Source of the DNA: an uncultured virus (IMG/VR IMGVR_UViG_3300046794_000135)
Taxonomy: Duplodnaviria > Heunggongvirae > Uroviricota > Caudoviricetes
IMG/VR virus record: IMGVR_UViG_3300046794_000135
Length of the DNA: 64,000 bases
Reading direction: 5' to 3' (one strand)
The number at the start of each line of letters is the position of its first letter. The first letter of the stretch is position 1. A program made the translations under genes and the position numbers. Below the pieces are notes generated by a model. That model saw only the letters and a list, made by a program, of their open reading frames with translations. It was not told the origin of the DNA and made no database searches. Of the stretch, positions 28,569 to 37,926 are shown in pieces.

Positions 28569-31019
28569 TTAAGCCGCAAAATCGATGGCAGCCGACTTTT
28601 TGCCCCTCGTGCTCGTCTCCTCAAGATATTTCTGCTTCAGCTCCGAGGCTGGCAGCTCCGCCATCTCAGCACTGCGGACCCACACCCGCGTCGGGTTGGC
28701 GTCCTCGCGCAAGCGCACCTGCCGTGTCAGCGTCCACCCGGCAGCCTTCAGCGTTTCCGCGATCTTGGAGACCGTGCTGATCTTCGCACGCTGGCGCTGA
28801 TCCATCGGATAATTGAAGTCGCCGGTCACGCGCTCATAGAGATCGAGGGCGGTCATGACAGTCCGGCTCTTGTCAACGCCTTCGGCGAGCTGCTTCAGGA
28901 TCGCGAGCTGGTAGTCCGGGCGCTGGGCTTCCTTCATCCGCTGCTTGCCTTCGGTGTCCATCGGCGCGCTGTCAGGGCGGAACTTGGAGATGTCGCGCTG
29001 CATCAGCCAGCGGACGACTTTGCGCAGGCCCGACTGCTGGTGATAGAAGGCGTTGTTCAGCGCCTCGTAGTAGTCGTCGTTCTGCTTTTCCATGTCAGAG
29101 GTGATGACAAAGAAGCGCCGATCGTCTTCCTCCAGCCGCACCGCATCGACGTGGTTCGACAGGAAGATGAAGTTGACGTTGTTCGGCACGGCGTAGGGGT
29201 TCTTGAACTTGCGTTCAACCATGATCGTGTCGGTGGTCGAGCCGGAGATCAGTGTCTTGATGGCGTTGTAAGTCTCCGTCTTGTCAAAGCGCATCATCTC
29301 GTTGACGACGACGAGCTCGCGCTCCAGAAACTCGTTGAACGTCGCTTGCAGCTTCTCCGGCGAGACTTCCGTAGCGTTGTGCGCGAAGAACCAGACCAGC
29401 GGCTTGAGCATCATGTCCTTGCCGGTGCCCTGCTTGCCGATGATGATCGGCGCATAGCGAACCTTCCGGCCCCGTTGCTGGACGAGGAACGCGAGATAAT
29501 CGAGGAACAGCTCGCGCTCGCTGTCATTGGAGATGACAAGATTGACGTGGGTCAACCACTGATGAACGTCCGCTTCTGTCACGCTGTCAGGGAGAGCGTG
29601 GTGGATCGGGTGCCACCGGTTATAGAACGTCCCCTTGCGCCCGTCGGTCTCCCATTCGACCATCTCCGGTTTGCCAGCCAGGTATGTGACACCGCTGACA
29701 CAGCGCACGATCGAGGGCTTGGTGTTGAGGATGATGTTCGCTGCGGTCTTCACGCCGGAAGAACCGGCGGGTGCGATCTCAAGGCCGAGCCCCGGAAAGT
29801 TGTTGAACGCCGCGTGCGACAGGATCGCGCCAGTGCCGCGCACGACCCAACTGCCTTCCTCCGCCCAATAGAAAACCTTGTCAGCGATGGCCTTGATCCG
29901 GGCGGCCTCTTCACGCTGCTGAAGCTTGGCTTCGTCCATCGTAGCTTCGGCGCGCTGCCCTGCTTCGGAGCTGGTTTCCATGCCAGCGAAATCAAGCACC
30001 GCGTCGCCCCGGAAGCCGCGCCGCCGCGCCAAACCGAAGAGATGGTCCGGGCTCGTGCGCGTCGTCGGCAGGCTGTCCCAAACCTTCTGCACGTAGTCGT
30101 CGTCCGCCCAGCCGCAGTTGGTCGCCCAGTTCACGAACTCCGGGTACGCGGCTTCGGCGTCTTTGCCCAGCGCGTGCTTGAAGCTCGATGTCAGTGACAG
30201 GAACTTCTCGCGGGTCGGGAACTGGTCAACGTCGTTGCGCAGAGTGTAGAGCGCCTTCAGCACGAGCTCCTTGCTCGCGATCGGCTCCAGTGCGCTGACA
30301 AGGAAGCCGTGCCCTTCCGATCCGGCGCCGTAGCGTGGTTTCATCGAAGACACGATCTTCCAGCCGCGATCGATGATGTCCTGTTCGAGCACCGCCATGA
30401 AGTCGGCGATCTTCTCCGCTGTCACGGGTGTCAGCGCCGAGCTCTTGTAGGTGATCAGATCGCGCTTCGGGCGCCACTCGTAGGCGACGCCGGACGGGTG
30501 CATCCCGTTGATGACGTACTGCTGGCCGTAGCCGAGCACTTCAACGAGGTGCTGGATGTTCTTGTCATCGAGGAATTGCAGCCGGGTCTTGCGGATCGGT
30601 GCGTCGCCCTCGCGGCGGAAGACGTAAAGCGCACGCGGCGCGTTGCCACGTTCGCGCACCGGGGCGGCGCCGAGCATCGTGTCGATCAGGCGCTCGACAA
30701 TCTGGAGGACTTCCTTGGAGTTGACATCGATGTCGATCCCCGGCCACTCGGCAGCCCGAAGCCCGACGTTGTGCGTGGGCCAGTTGGCCGCGAAATTCTG
30801 ATCGCGCTCTGACAGGCCGAAGGTCGGCCACTGTCCTGTCAGGCCGTACCACTTGCCGCCCCCGTACCTGCCAGGAATTTTTCCGATCTGGAAATCCTGA
30901 ACGTTTGACTCCTCGGCGATCTCCGCACCGGGCGGGATCAGCGGCAGGAGGTCTTTGGCCGGGAGACCGGCGAGATTGATGAAGCTTTTGGTCGCGTCCG
31001 CGAAGCGTATTGCATTCAT
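28569..31019 (-). CDS. Bifunctional primase-polymerase fused to SF3-type helicase
   Basis: NVGL...GIDID and G-HPSG PrimPol motifs; GKQGTGKD Walker A, VVVNE, SNH and DDRRF. Confidence 0.88.
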   Translation of the reverse strand: MNAIRFADATKSFINLAGLPAKDLLPLIPPGAEIAEESNVQDFQIGKIPGRYGGGKWYGLTGQWPTFGLSERDQNFAANWPTHNVGLRAAEWPGIDIDVNSKEVLQIVERLIDTMLGAAPVRERGNAPRALYVFRREGDAPIRKTRLQFLDDKNIQHLVEVLGYGQQYVINGMHPSGVAYEWRPKRDLITYKSSALTPVTAEKIADFMAVLEQDIIDRGWKIVSSMKPRYGAGSEGHGFLVSALEPIASKELVLKALYTLRNDVDQFPTREKFLSLTSSFKHALGKDAEAAYPEFVNWATNCGWADDDYVQKVWDSLPTTRTSPDHLFGLARRRGFRGDAVLDFAGMETSSEAGQRAEATMDEAKLQQREEAARIKAIADKVFYWAEEGSWVVRGTGAILSHAAFNNFPGLGLEIAPAGSSGVKTAANIILNTKPSIVRCVSGVTYLAGKPEMVEWETDGRKGTFYNRWHPIHHALPDSVTEADVHQWLTHVNLVISNDSERELFLDYLAFLVQQRGRKVRYAPIIIGKQGTGKDMMLKPLVWFFAHNATEVSPEKLQATFNEFLERELVVVNEMMRFDKTETYNAIKTLISGSTTDTIMVERKFKNPYAVPNNVNFIFLSNHVDAVRLEEDDRRFFVITSDMEKQNDDYYEALNNAFYHQQSGLRKVVRWLMQRDISKFRPDSAPMDTEGKQRMKEAQRPDYQLAILKQLAEGVDKSRTVMTALDLYERVTGDFNYPMDQRQRAKISTVSKIAETLKAAGWTLTRQVRLREDANPTRVWVRSAEMAELPASELKQKYLEETSTRGKKSAAIDFAA

Positions 31020-31085
31020 GGGAAAACTATCCTATAGTCAATTTTGACAAGCGGAGCTGCGCTCCTTTTGTATTGGGTAAATTTA

Positions 31086-31120
31086 GGCCGCTCCGGTTTT
31101 CCGCAGCGGCCTTCTTTTTT
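31086..31120 (+). terminator. Intrinsic terminator on the plus strand, antisense to flanking genes
   Basis: GGCCGCT...AGCGGCC stem followed by TTCTTTTTT. Confidence 0.6.
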
Positions 31121-31331
31121 ACCGCTCGACCGTGATTTTCAGGCCGAGCTCAGTCGCGTAGCGGAGCAGCGTATCGAGCTTCGGCATCATGCCGCCGCGT
31201 GCCCAGCTCCAGTAGGTCGCGTGCCCCATGTTGCAATTGCGTGCCAGCCGGGACAGGGCGATGCCCTGCTCTTCGCGGGCGCTTTCCATGACAGCGAGAA
31301 GGTCGTCGGGTGTCTTGATGGTGGTCTTCAC
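31119..31331 (-). CDS. XRE-family HTH protein
   Basis: AREEQGIALSRLA...PKLDTLLRYATELGL pattern. Confidence 0.75.
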   Translation of the reverse strand: MKTTIKTPDDLLAVMESAREEQGIALSRLARNCNMGHATYWSWARGGMMPKLDTLLRYATELGLKITVER

Positions 31332-32194
31332 TTCGGTTGCTCCAGTTCGATGACTTCCAGTCCGATGTACTTTGCCAGCGCGTACTCTGTGGCGGCGCCG
31401 TGGCTGTCATACCAGTTCGGAAGCAAGGCGATTGCGTCCGCGTCCTTGCAAATCCACGCGGTGTATTCCGCGAAGGCGGCGCGGACATCAAACCCGCCGG
31501 TTTCCCGCTGGATCAGCCCGGTCTCCGCAGGGTTGAAGACGGTGTGGCCCTCGGCACGGAGCTTGGCGGCGGCTTTATTGAAGGCTGGGTAGTTGAAGTG
31601 TTCGAGCCCTGACATCGGCCCTGACAGGTAGATGCGCTTCGGTCCGGGCTTCGGGAGGCTCGCCTCGATCAGCCCAACCACCGTGTCAACGTAGCCGTAG
31701 AGGTGTTCGAACCCGCCCTTCCGCTCGTTGAACACGTTGTAGTCGCTTTCAATCTCCTGATGTTCGCTGGAATGCGCGGCACCAGAAGATTTCTCCTTCC
31801 ATGTGTTGACAACCCTGACGATGACGCCGCCCGCCGCGCGGATCGCTTCCGCTTCGTTCGGGAAGCGGCAATCCTCCACGACAACGAAAGCGTGTTGGGC
31901 CGCCTCACGCTGCCAAAGCTTCACCCAAAAATCCGGCCCGATATGCTCCCGGCCCCACTCGGTGCCGAGCGTCTGCATGGCGTGGCGCGGGGTCTTGCCG
32001 CAGAGGAGATCGGAGGGCTTTTCCTTGTTCGTGCCCTCGATCTCGTTGTCAGTCAGGCCGATCGCCGCCACCATCTTCTTGAGGCCACCGGCAAAACGCA
32101 CGGGCTCATAGTCGTAGGCGCTTTCGAGGTAGCGGGCGACGGTGGACTTCCCCGCACCGGCTTCGCCGATCAGACCGATAATAATTTTTGTCAT
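31328..32194 (-). CDS. dNMP kinase fused to a DUF4406-like domain
   Basis: GEAGAGKS, TPRHAMQTLGTEWGR, DCRFPNE; C-terminal IYLSGPMSG...FNPAE...SHGAATE. Confidence 0.85.
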   Translation of the reverse strand: MTKIIIGLIGEAGAGKSTVARYLESAYDYEPVRFAGGLKKMVAAIGLTDNEIEGTNKEKPSDLLCGKTPRHAMQTLGTEWGREHIGPDFWVKLWQREAAQHAFVVVEDCRFPNEAEAIRAAGGVIVRVVNTWKEKSSGAAHSSEHQEIESDYNVFNERKGGFEHLYGYVDTVVGLIEASLPKPGPKRIYLSGPMSGLEHFNYPAFNKAAAKLRAEGHTVFNPAETGLIQRETGGFDVRAAFAEYTAWICKDADAIALLPNWYDSHGAATEYALAKYIGLEVIELEQPK

Positions 32195-32225
32195 CTGCGC
32201 ATCTCCTTTGTGTGTTGAAAACAAG

Positions 32226-34319
32226 TCACTTGGCGTCGGAATACCGCAGGCCGAAGCCTGCTTCGGCGCCGACCGGGAAGCCGAGTGCCCAATCGGGCAC
32301 TTGCGTCATGAGCTGCTTGATAAGGCTCGTGTGAACGTCAGCGGACTTCATTTCAGTAGGCGTCAGCTCGACCACGAGCTCATCGTGAACTGTCATGACA
32401 AGCTTGTACCCGGCGGCCCGGACGCGAAGCATGGCCTCGGCCATCAGGTCGCGGCAGATCGCCTGAACCGCGTTTTCTGTCAGGCGACCGCCCCAGGTAG
32501 TTTCGCGCTGCCACTTGCGGGTGACAGAGTTGACAGTCGAGTATTCCAGCGCCTCGCGAGTGCCGAACTTGGTCGTGACCGAGATCACGCGCGGCTTGTG
32601 GTAGTAGAGGCTCCGCCCGCTGGGCAGCTTCATCATCAGGAAGTCGCCAAGATGCATGAACCGGATTGGCACGCCACCGCGTGGGCGGTAAGCGTATTCG
32701 GTGCCACGGTTGCGGGTGGCTTCGATCGCCGCCTGTTCAAGCCCACGCCACAAGGCCGGAATTTCCGGGTACTCGTTGCGGTAAGCCTGCACGGTGCTGG
32801 CGCCATCTTCCTCGCTGACAGTCTTGCCCTGCGCTTCGCACGAGCTGACAAACTTCTTGCCGCCCATCCCGTAGCCGCAGCCCAGCACGGCGGTCTTTGC
32901 CAAGAACCGCTCAATGCTGTCTTTCAGGATCGAGCTCGCCGGAACGCCGTAGACCTTGCCAGCGAACTCTTCGTAGACCTTGCCGCCGTTCGCGAAGAGC
33001 TCCACGAGCGAAGTCGCACCGGCCACCCATGCCACGCCGCGCGCTTCGACCGAGGAGAAGTCACAGGCGACAAGCCCGTGACCCGTGGGCGCGCAGATCG
33101 TGCCGCGAAGCATCTTTGATAGGACCGTCATCAGGTCTTCGCCAACGATCTCTTCGAACCGTTCGAAGGTCATGTTGCCCTTGTCAACGGCCATGATGTA
33201 GTCCTTGCACGCCTTCCAGTCCTTGACCGTCGCACGGACGAAGTTTTGGGTCTGGATGCCCGCGCCTGCCCACCGGCCAGTGCTGGCGCCGTGGTAGATG
33301 ATCGTGTCATAGACGCGGCCATTGGCGCGATCGACGCGGTTCAGCATCGACTCGTATTTGGCGACCGAGTTCTTCGCGGCAGTGCGCCGGATTGACAGGG
33401 CGGTCCTGACATCATCGGGCAGATCGTCGCGAGCGAGGAGCTGGCTGACAGCGTTCTTGTCCATCAGGAGTTTGGGGTCGCCGTCTTCGACTTCCTCCTC
33501 ATCGAGGATCATGAAGCCCTTCTTGGCGCACCACTGCTTGAGGTGGACGACCTTCGCGGCTCCTTCGACGGCGCCGTTCGTGACGACGCACATCTGCATG
33601 TCGAGATACTTCTTGTAGAGCTTGGCAACGCGAACGGCGACTTCGGCAAACTCCCAGTCGATATAGACGCCGGTCGCGTTGATCTCCTCGGTCATGAGCC
33701 AGATTTCACGCTCGGAGTCTGTCAGCGGGCGTGTCACCCGTGACAGCTCGGCGCCGACTTTCACGTCGGTCGCGCAGTAGTCCGAGAGCTTGGTGAACTT
33801 CTCCGGGCTCTCCTCCGGGGTCCACCAGACCGGCTGGTCCTCGCCGTCCTCGTCCACAGTCCAAGAGCGCGGCTTGCAGAGCTGGAGCATGATGCGCGAG
33901 CCCTCCAAATCCTTCTGGACATCGAGGCCGAGAGCCTTCCCGGCACCGTCGAGGGAGCGTGGCAATGCCAAGCGGGCAGCGCGGGCAGCGGTGTCATCCC
34001 AGCGGTCTTGGGTGATCGGCGGGATGTCATATTTTTCGACCAGGTGCGGCGCTGTCAGGATCGCGTGCTCAAACCCGGCGTTATGGGCAACGAGCCGGTA
34101 GCTGATTTCGCCGTCTCCGCAGAGAAAAGCGCGCAGATCGTTCGGCATCGGGTCGCGATAGCAAAGCCACTCCAAGACCTCATCCGGGAGGTATTCGCGG
34201 CAGTACCGGACACAGATGATGTCTGTGGACGAATCTCGTGCATACATCTTGGCGGAGGTCTTGCGGAGATCGACCGTGGACTTGGTTTCAACGTCGATGT
34301 TGATACGGACCTCTGTCAT
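32226..34319 (-). CDS. Family A DNA polymerase with 3'-5' exonuclease
   Basis: DVET and AHNAGFE exonuclease motifs; DFSSVEAR, KTAVLGCGYG (Leu at the 762-equivalent position), VHDE. Confidence 0.93.
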   Translation of the reverse strand: MTEVRINIDVETKSTVDLRKTSAKMYARDSSTDIICVRYCREYLPDEVLEWLCYRDPMPNDLRAFLCGDGEISYRLVAHNAGFEHAILTAPHLVEKYDIPPITQDRWDDTAARAARLALPRSLDGAGKALGLDVQKDLEGSRIMLQLCKPRSWTVDEDGEDQPVWWTPEESPEKFTKLSDYCATDVKVGAELSRVTRPLTDSEREIWLMTEEINATGVYIDWEFAEVAVRVAKLYKKYLDMQMCVVTNGAVEGAAKVVHLKQWCAKKGFMILDEEEVEDGDPKLLMDKNAVSQLLARDDLPDDVRTALSIRRTAAKNSVAKYESMLNRVDRANGRVYDTIIYHGASTGRWAGAGIQTQNFVRATVKDWKACKDYIMAVDKGNMTFERFEEIVGEDLMTVLSKMLRGTICAPTGHGLVACDFSSVEARGVAWVAGATSLVELFANGGKVYEEFAGKVYGVPASSILKDSIERFLAKTAVLGCGYGMGGKKFVSSCEAQGKTVSEEDGASTVQAYRNEYPEIPALWRGLEQAAIEATRNRGTEYAYRPRGGVPIRFMHLGDFLMMKLPSGRSLYYHKPRVISVTTKFGTREALEYSTVNSVTRKWQRETTWGGRLTENAVQAICRDLMAEAMLRVRAAGYKLVMTVHDELVVELTPTEMKSADVHTSLIKQLMTQVPDWALGFPVGAEAGFGLRYSDAK

Positions 34320-34320
34320 G

Positions 34321-34713
34321 TCACTTCGCCTTGACAAGCGGAATGACTTCACCAGGCTCGACTTCGCCGACGATGTGACCATTCAAATTATAGAGTTGCA
34401 CACTGCCGTTGCGTTCGACCGCGATCCGCACTGGAACGTCCGGCTTGGCTGGGCCGGTCTCAGTCTGCTTGCGAGGGTCGGGCTTCTTGGCGGTCCTTGC
34501 CAATTCGGCTTCGACCTTGACTTCCATGTCATCGGCGTCAGCGCACGGCTTGGAGCCGTGGATCAGGTGCGCGAGGCGCGTGAGCCGCGTCCACTCGGTC
34601 GTGATCAAAAGGCTCAGACCTTCGGGACGGACGTAATGCCCTGTCACATTCATGACGAGATTGGAAAGCTTTTCAGCCGGGTTTTGGTCGCGGGGGTCGT
34701 AGGGTCCACACAT
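34321..34713 (-). CDS. Hypothetical protein
   Basis: Fills the gap in a co-directional operon. Confidence 0.55.
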   Translation of the reverse strand: MCGPYDPRDQNPAEKLSNLVMNVTGHYVRPEGLSLLITTEWTRLTRLAHLIHGSKPCADADDMEVKVEAELARTAKKPDPRKQTETGPAKPDVPVRIAVERNGSVQLYNLNGHIVGEVEPGEVIPLVKAK

Positions 34714-34794
34714 GTGATTGGGTCCATATTTTGTGTTTATCGCAAGAGAGTGGGCACGGCTCCGCCCATGAAAACAAAGCCATGCCCGTTGTTG

Positions 34795-35040
34795 TTAGAG
34801 ATCGCCGGTCAGGCGCTGAGGCTGGAAGATCGAGCGGTTGATAGCCATGAAGCCCTGCTCGATGTGGGTGCGCCCGATCGCGAGCCACCGCTTGTCAACG
34901 TCTCCGAGACCGCCACCCGCGTACTCGTCAAGAAGACGGAGGACCGCTTCCTCAAGCCGCTTGTTCTCGTTGACAAGCCCGACCTTCACGTCCGACTGCG
35001 GCTGGTAGCCCGCGACGGGCAGACCTGTGTGATCAGGCAT
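34795..35040 (-). CDS. acb2: Acb2-like anti-CBASS (cyclic nucleotide sponge) protein
   Basis: 81 aa with GY...VNENK and RWLAIGRTHIEQGFMAINRSIFQP, resembling the Acb2 C-terminal motif as I recall it. Confidence 0.72.
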   Translation of the reverse strand: MPDHTGLPVAGYQPQSDVKVGLVNENKRLEEAVLRLLDEYAGGGLGDVDKRWLAIGRTHIEQGFMAINRSIFQPQRLTGDL

Positions 35041-35617
35041 CCCAGTCACCCCCCGCAGAACCGCCTTCCGACTTCGTGTTGTCCTTGAAGTCGCTTTCGG
35101 TGCCGCCCATGCTTTCGTAGTATTCCTCGAACTCGTTGCGGGCAGCGACGCGCGAGGAGAAGCCATCGTCATCCTGCCGGAGCTGGATGTTCTGGAGGCC
35201 GAGGGCGACGCCCTTTGACACGTTGTCATAGCCGTAGGTGTTGACCGAGATGATCGCCCAGCGGCCCGCATAGGCTTCCTTCGGATCAGTCACGTCGCGG
35301 AGCTGGCCGTCAACAACACCCGGCATGTCAGCGCTGGCAGCCGAAATGAAGTGCCAACCCGGCAGATAGCCTGCGAGGTGGCCCTTCTCTTCGCACGGGC
35401 GGATAACCGATTTCGGGCCGCGCATTCCCTTCGGCCACTTGGCCTGATCCGCGCCGAACTTTTCGATCGCGGCCTGCTTCAGCGCTTCCTTCAGCGGGTT
35501 AAGGTCGAAGGTCGGTGGCAGGAGGAGCGTCGTGGCGTACTTGCCGCCGAACTCCGCAGCGTTGGGCGTGAAGATTTTCGGGAAGGAGAGACGACCGGGG
35601 CCAATCTTGATTTTCAT
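35033..35617 (-). CDS. Phage ssDNA-binding protein (DUF2815/Gp2.5-like)
   Basis: RLSFPKIF, KYATTLL, YAG, KGVALGLQNIQ and an acidic tail. Confidence 0.85.
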   Translation of the reverse strand: MKIKIGPGRLSFPKIFTPNAAEFGGKYATTLLLPPTFDLNPLKEALKQAAIEKFGADQAKWPKGMRGPKSVIRPCEEKGHLAGYLPGWHFISAASADMPGVVDGQLRDVTDPKEAYAGRWAIISVNTYGYDNVSKGVALGLQNIQLRQDDDGFSSRVAARNEFEEYYESMGGTESDFKDNTKSEGGSAGGDWDA

Positions 35618-35670
35618 TTCAGATGTCTTTCTCTGTTAGAAATTGCGTCTTACACAAGAGACGCTACTTA

Positions 35671-36300
35671 TCACTTGTGTTTTACACAAGTAATGGCGTG
35701 TGAAAAAACAGGCTCTTCCTGTCTTTCAGTTTCGGTGTTCATTGCGCGCCAGTGATAGCGCAGCGTGGACGCGTCGATGCCCGTCCGCCGTGACACTTCG
35801 AACGGCTTAAGACCGAACGAAAAGTACAGCCGGGAGACCATGACACGCGCAGTGCAGGCATCGGGGAACCGTGACGAGGAGCACACCGCGTCCCATGTCA
35901 CCGCGTGCGTCTCAAGGATGTGCGAGATCGCGTCAGTGAAGTCGTGCGTGTCATGCGGGTGCGGCTTGTAGCCACCCATGCGCCGCTCCGGGTCACGCGA
36001 CGCCAGCGCGATCTCCACCCGGCGAGCTTCGTCGGCGGGATAGGCGAACCGGATACGCTCCCCGGTTTCCTTGTCTGTCAGCTTCTCCGCGAGCCAGAGA
36101 TCGTCAGCGATCTGCTTCTCAAGCTGCGCGGCCCGCTCGGCTTCGATCCGTTTGCGCTCTTCGGCTTCGGCGAGGATGCGACGGATGTGGTTTTGCGGCT
36201 TTGGACGCATGTGGAGGCGTGCCTTGACACCTTCGTAGTGTCTAGCCAGGCGGCGCTCCAGGCTGTTGTCAGACCCAATCGTCAACGCTGTCATTGTCAT
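35671..36300 (-). CDS. Protein with DnaA C-terminal-like HTH
   Basis: VTWDAVCSSSR...AR...SRRTGIDASTLRY pattern. Confidence 0.5.
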   Translation of the reverse strand: MTMTALTIGSDNSLERRLARHYEGVKARLHMRPKPQNHIRRILAEAEERKRIEAERAAQLEKQIADDLWLAEKLTDKETGERIRFAYPADEARRVEIALASRDPERRMGGYKPHPHDTHDFTDAISHILETHAVTWDAVCSSSRFPDACTARVMVSRLYFSFGLKPFEVSRRTGIDASTLRYHWRAMNTETERQEEPVFSHAITCVKHK

Positions 36301-37393
36301 CTTCCTTTTGCTTTCTTGCGAGTTTCATCCCCGAACTCTCAGCAGAGATCAGATCGGAGATATCGAGGGTGAGGTTCTTCTCCCGTGCGACCGCTTCGAC
36401 TTGTGCGGGCGACAGGATCACCTCCTTGGTGAAGTCTTTTCCTGCCAGACCTTCTGACAGGAGACGCTGGTTGACAGCACGCTCGTCTTTCCATTTGCGG
36501 ATCGCGCGCTTGGGAATAAGTTCCCATTCGCCGTTGATGTCGCCGCCTTCTGACAAGACGCGCTCGGCGTGTTGCTCGACTGATTTGATCCAGTCCTTGG
36601 CGATCTCGGCGGCTGCCAGAACTTGGTGGAGCTCGGCAGGGGTGAGGTCTGCGGGCGCCGCGTCGTCAAGCGCGAAGTCGAGCTTGGCGTTCTCGCTGAC
36701 AAAATCCCGGATGGTCGGGCATGTCGGCTTCGCCCGACAGAACCGGCAGTGCGAGCCAGCCTTGGCCGGTGGATCGTCGGACTCGGCGAGATCGCCCGCC
36801 TCGATCAGCTTGCGCTTCACTTCGTCCAGCTCTTCCCGGCTGATGGTTGTTCTCTTGGTTCCGCCGTTGCGGGGCTGAACGATGACAAGCTCGATCTCGG
36901 TTATCTTGTCAGCGATCGACGCCTTCAGGCTTTCGAGGATCGAGATCGCGTAGCTGGCGAGCTGGGCGTTGACAGCACCGTCGTCGTCTTGGACTTCAAC
37001 CGCGACCCTCCCGCACTTCAGGTCCGCGATTGTCAGGCGCGAACCGTTGATGATCACCGCGTCGGCGGTGCCGTACCAGAACTTGTGCAGGTGCGGTGCC
37101 TCGGAACGCTTCTCGACGTAGAGCCGTCCGCCTTTGACCAAGCCGCGCACGGTGCTGACATGGCTGTCAACGATCCGACGCTGGTCTTGGGTGAGGTCGG
37201 CGAGCTCGTCGGCCTCGGTTTCCGGGTGGAGGAGGATGCGCTCGGCGACACCGTGGAGCATCGTTCCCTCGATCGCGGCTTCGCTGGAGGGGCTTTCCGG
37301 CAGTCCTATCGAACGCTGGTAGTGCGCAGGGCACTTGAGCGTACGGTAGGAGGTGCTGCCGAAGAGCGGGGTATGGGACGGCTTTGCGGTCAC
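36269..37393 (-). CDS. DUF2800/Cas4-like PD-(D/E)XK exonuclease
   Basis: CP, GTMLH, GTAD, DLKCG, QLASYA and HCRFCRAKPTC. Confidence 0.85.
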   Translation of the reverse strand: MTAKPSHTPLFGSTSYRTLKCPAHYQRSIGLPESPSSEAAIEGTMLHGVAERILLHPETEADELADLTQDQRRIVDSHVSTVRGLVKGGRLYVEKRSEAPHLHKFWYGTADAVIINGSRLTIADLKCGRVAVEVQDDDGAVNAQLASYAISILESLKASIADKITEIELVIVQPRNGGTKRTTISREELDEVKRKLIEAGDLAESDDPPAKAGSHCRFCRAKPTCPTIRDFVSENAKLDFALDDAAPADLTPAELHQVLAAAEIAKDWIKSVEQHAERVLSEGGDINGEWELIPKRAIRKWKDERAVNQRLLSEGLAGKDFTKEVILSPAQVEAVAREKNLTLDISDLISAESSGMKLARKQKEDDNDSVDDWV

Positions 37394-37926
37394 GCGCGCC
37401 GGGCCTTCCATATGACGGTGCCCACGAAGGCGGTGCCGAGTATCATCAGCGCCCACATCCAGAAGCCCGCGCCTTCGTCTTTCTCCTCCGGCTGGGGCTG
37501 CGCCTGGATAACTTGCGGCGCGGGCGTGACAGGCGTGACAGGCTGGGCCTCGGTCGGCACTGGTCCCTGCACGGGTGCGGACCCCTGCGGAACGACGATG
37601 ACGGATGGCGCCGCCGCCGGGGCCGGGGCGTGGTTGTTGCTCAACATGTTCCCCCAGAGATAGCCTGACAGGAAACCGCCGCCGCCACCGAACCCGCCGA
37701 AGCCGTTGTCATAGTGGTGGTTCTGGATGACCGTGGTGTTGCCGGAATTGTAGGACCGGGGCGCCGAGTAGGACCGGGGCGCCGAGTAGGACCGGGGCGC
37801 CGAGTACGACCGGGTGGACGACCGGAAGGTGCCCGACGAACGGAAGCCGCCGCCCCCACGGTACGCGGCGTGCGCGCCGGTTGTCATGACAAGCGCCACG
37901 GCGGTTGCGAGAACAAGTTTCTTCAT
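37390..37926 (-). CDS. Exported Gly/Ser/Pro-rich membrane-anchored protein
   Basis: Signal peptide ending AHA, SYSAPR x3, C-terminal transmembrane helix. Confidence 0.75.
   Translation of the reverse strand: MKKLVLATAVALVMTTGAHAAYRGGGGFRSSGTFRSSTRSYSAPRSYSAPRSYSAPRSYNSGNTTVIQNHHYDNGFGGFGGGGGFLSGYLWGNMLSNNHAPAPAAAPSVIVVPQGSAPVQGPVPTEAQPVTPVTPAPQVIQAQPQPEEKDEGAGFWMWALMILGTAFVGTVIWKARRA
37750..37814. repeat. 18-bp tandem repeat, three full copies plus a partial
   Basis: GTAGGACCGGGGCGCCGA at 37750, 37768 and 37786. Confidence 0.92.

Noticed and set aside
12005..37663. Long antisense ORFs (for example 12005-13168, 16797-18284, 19301-20719, 21073-22647, 29040-30197, 36623-37663)
   Set aside because: They shadow well-supported genes on the opposite strand, as expected in high-GC DNA, and show no recognisable motifs
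37750..37814. CRISPR-like mini-array near a Cas4-like gene
   Set aside because: Repeats are contiguous with no spacers and encode in-frame SYSAPR; the nuclease is the common phage DUF2800 type
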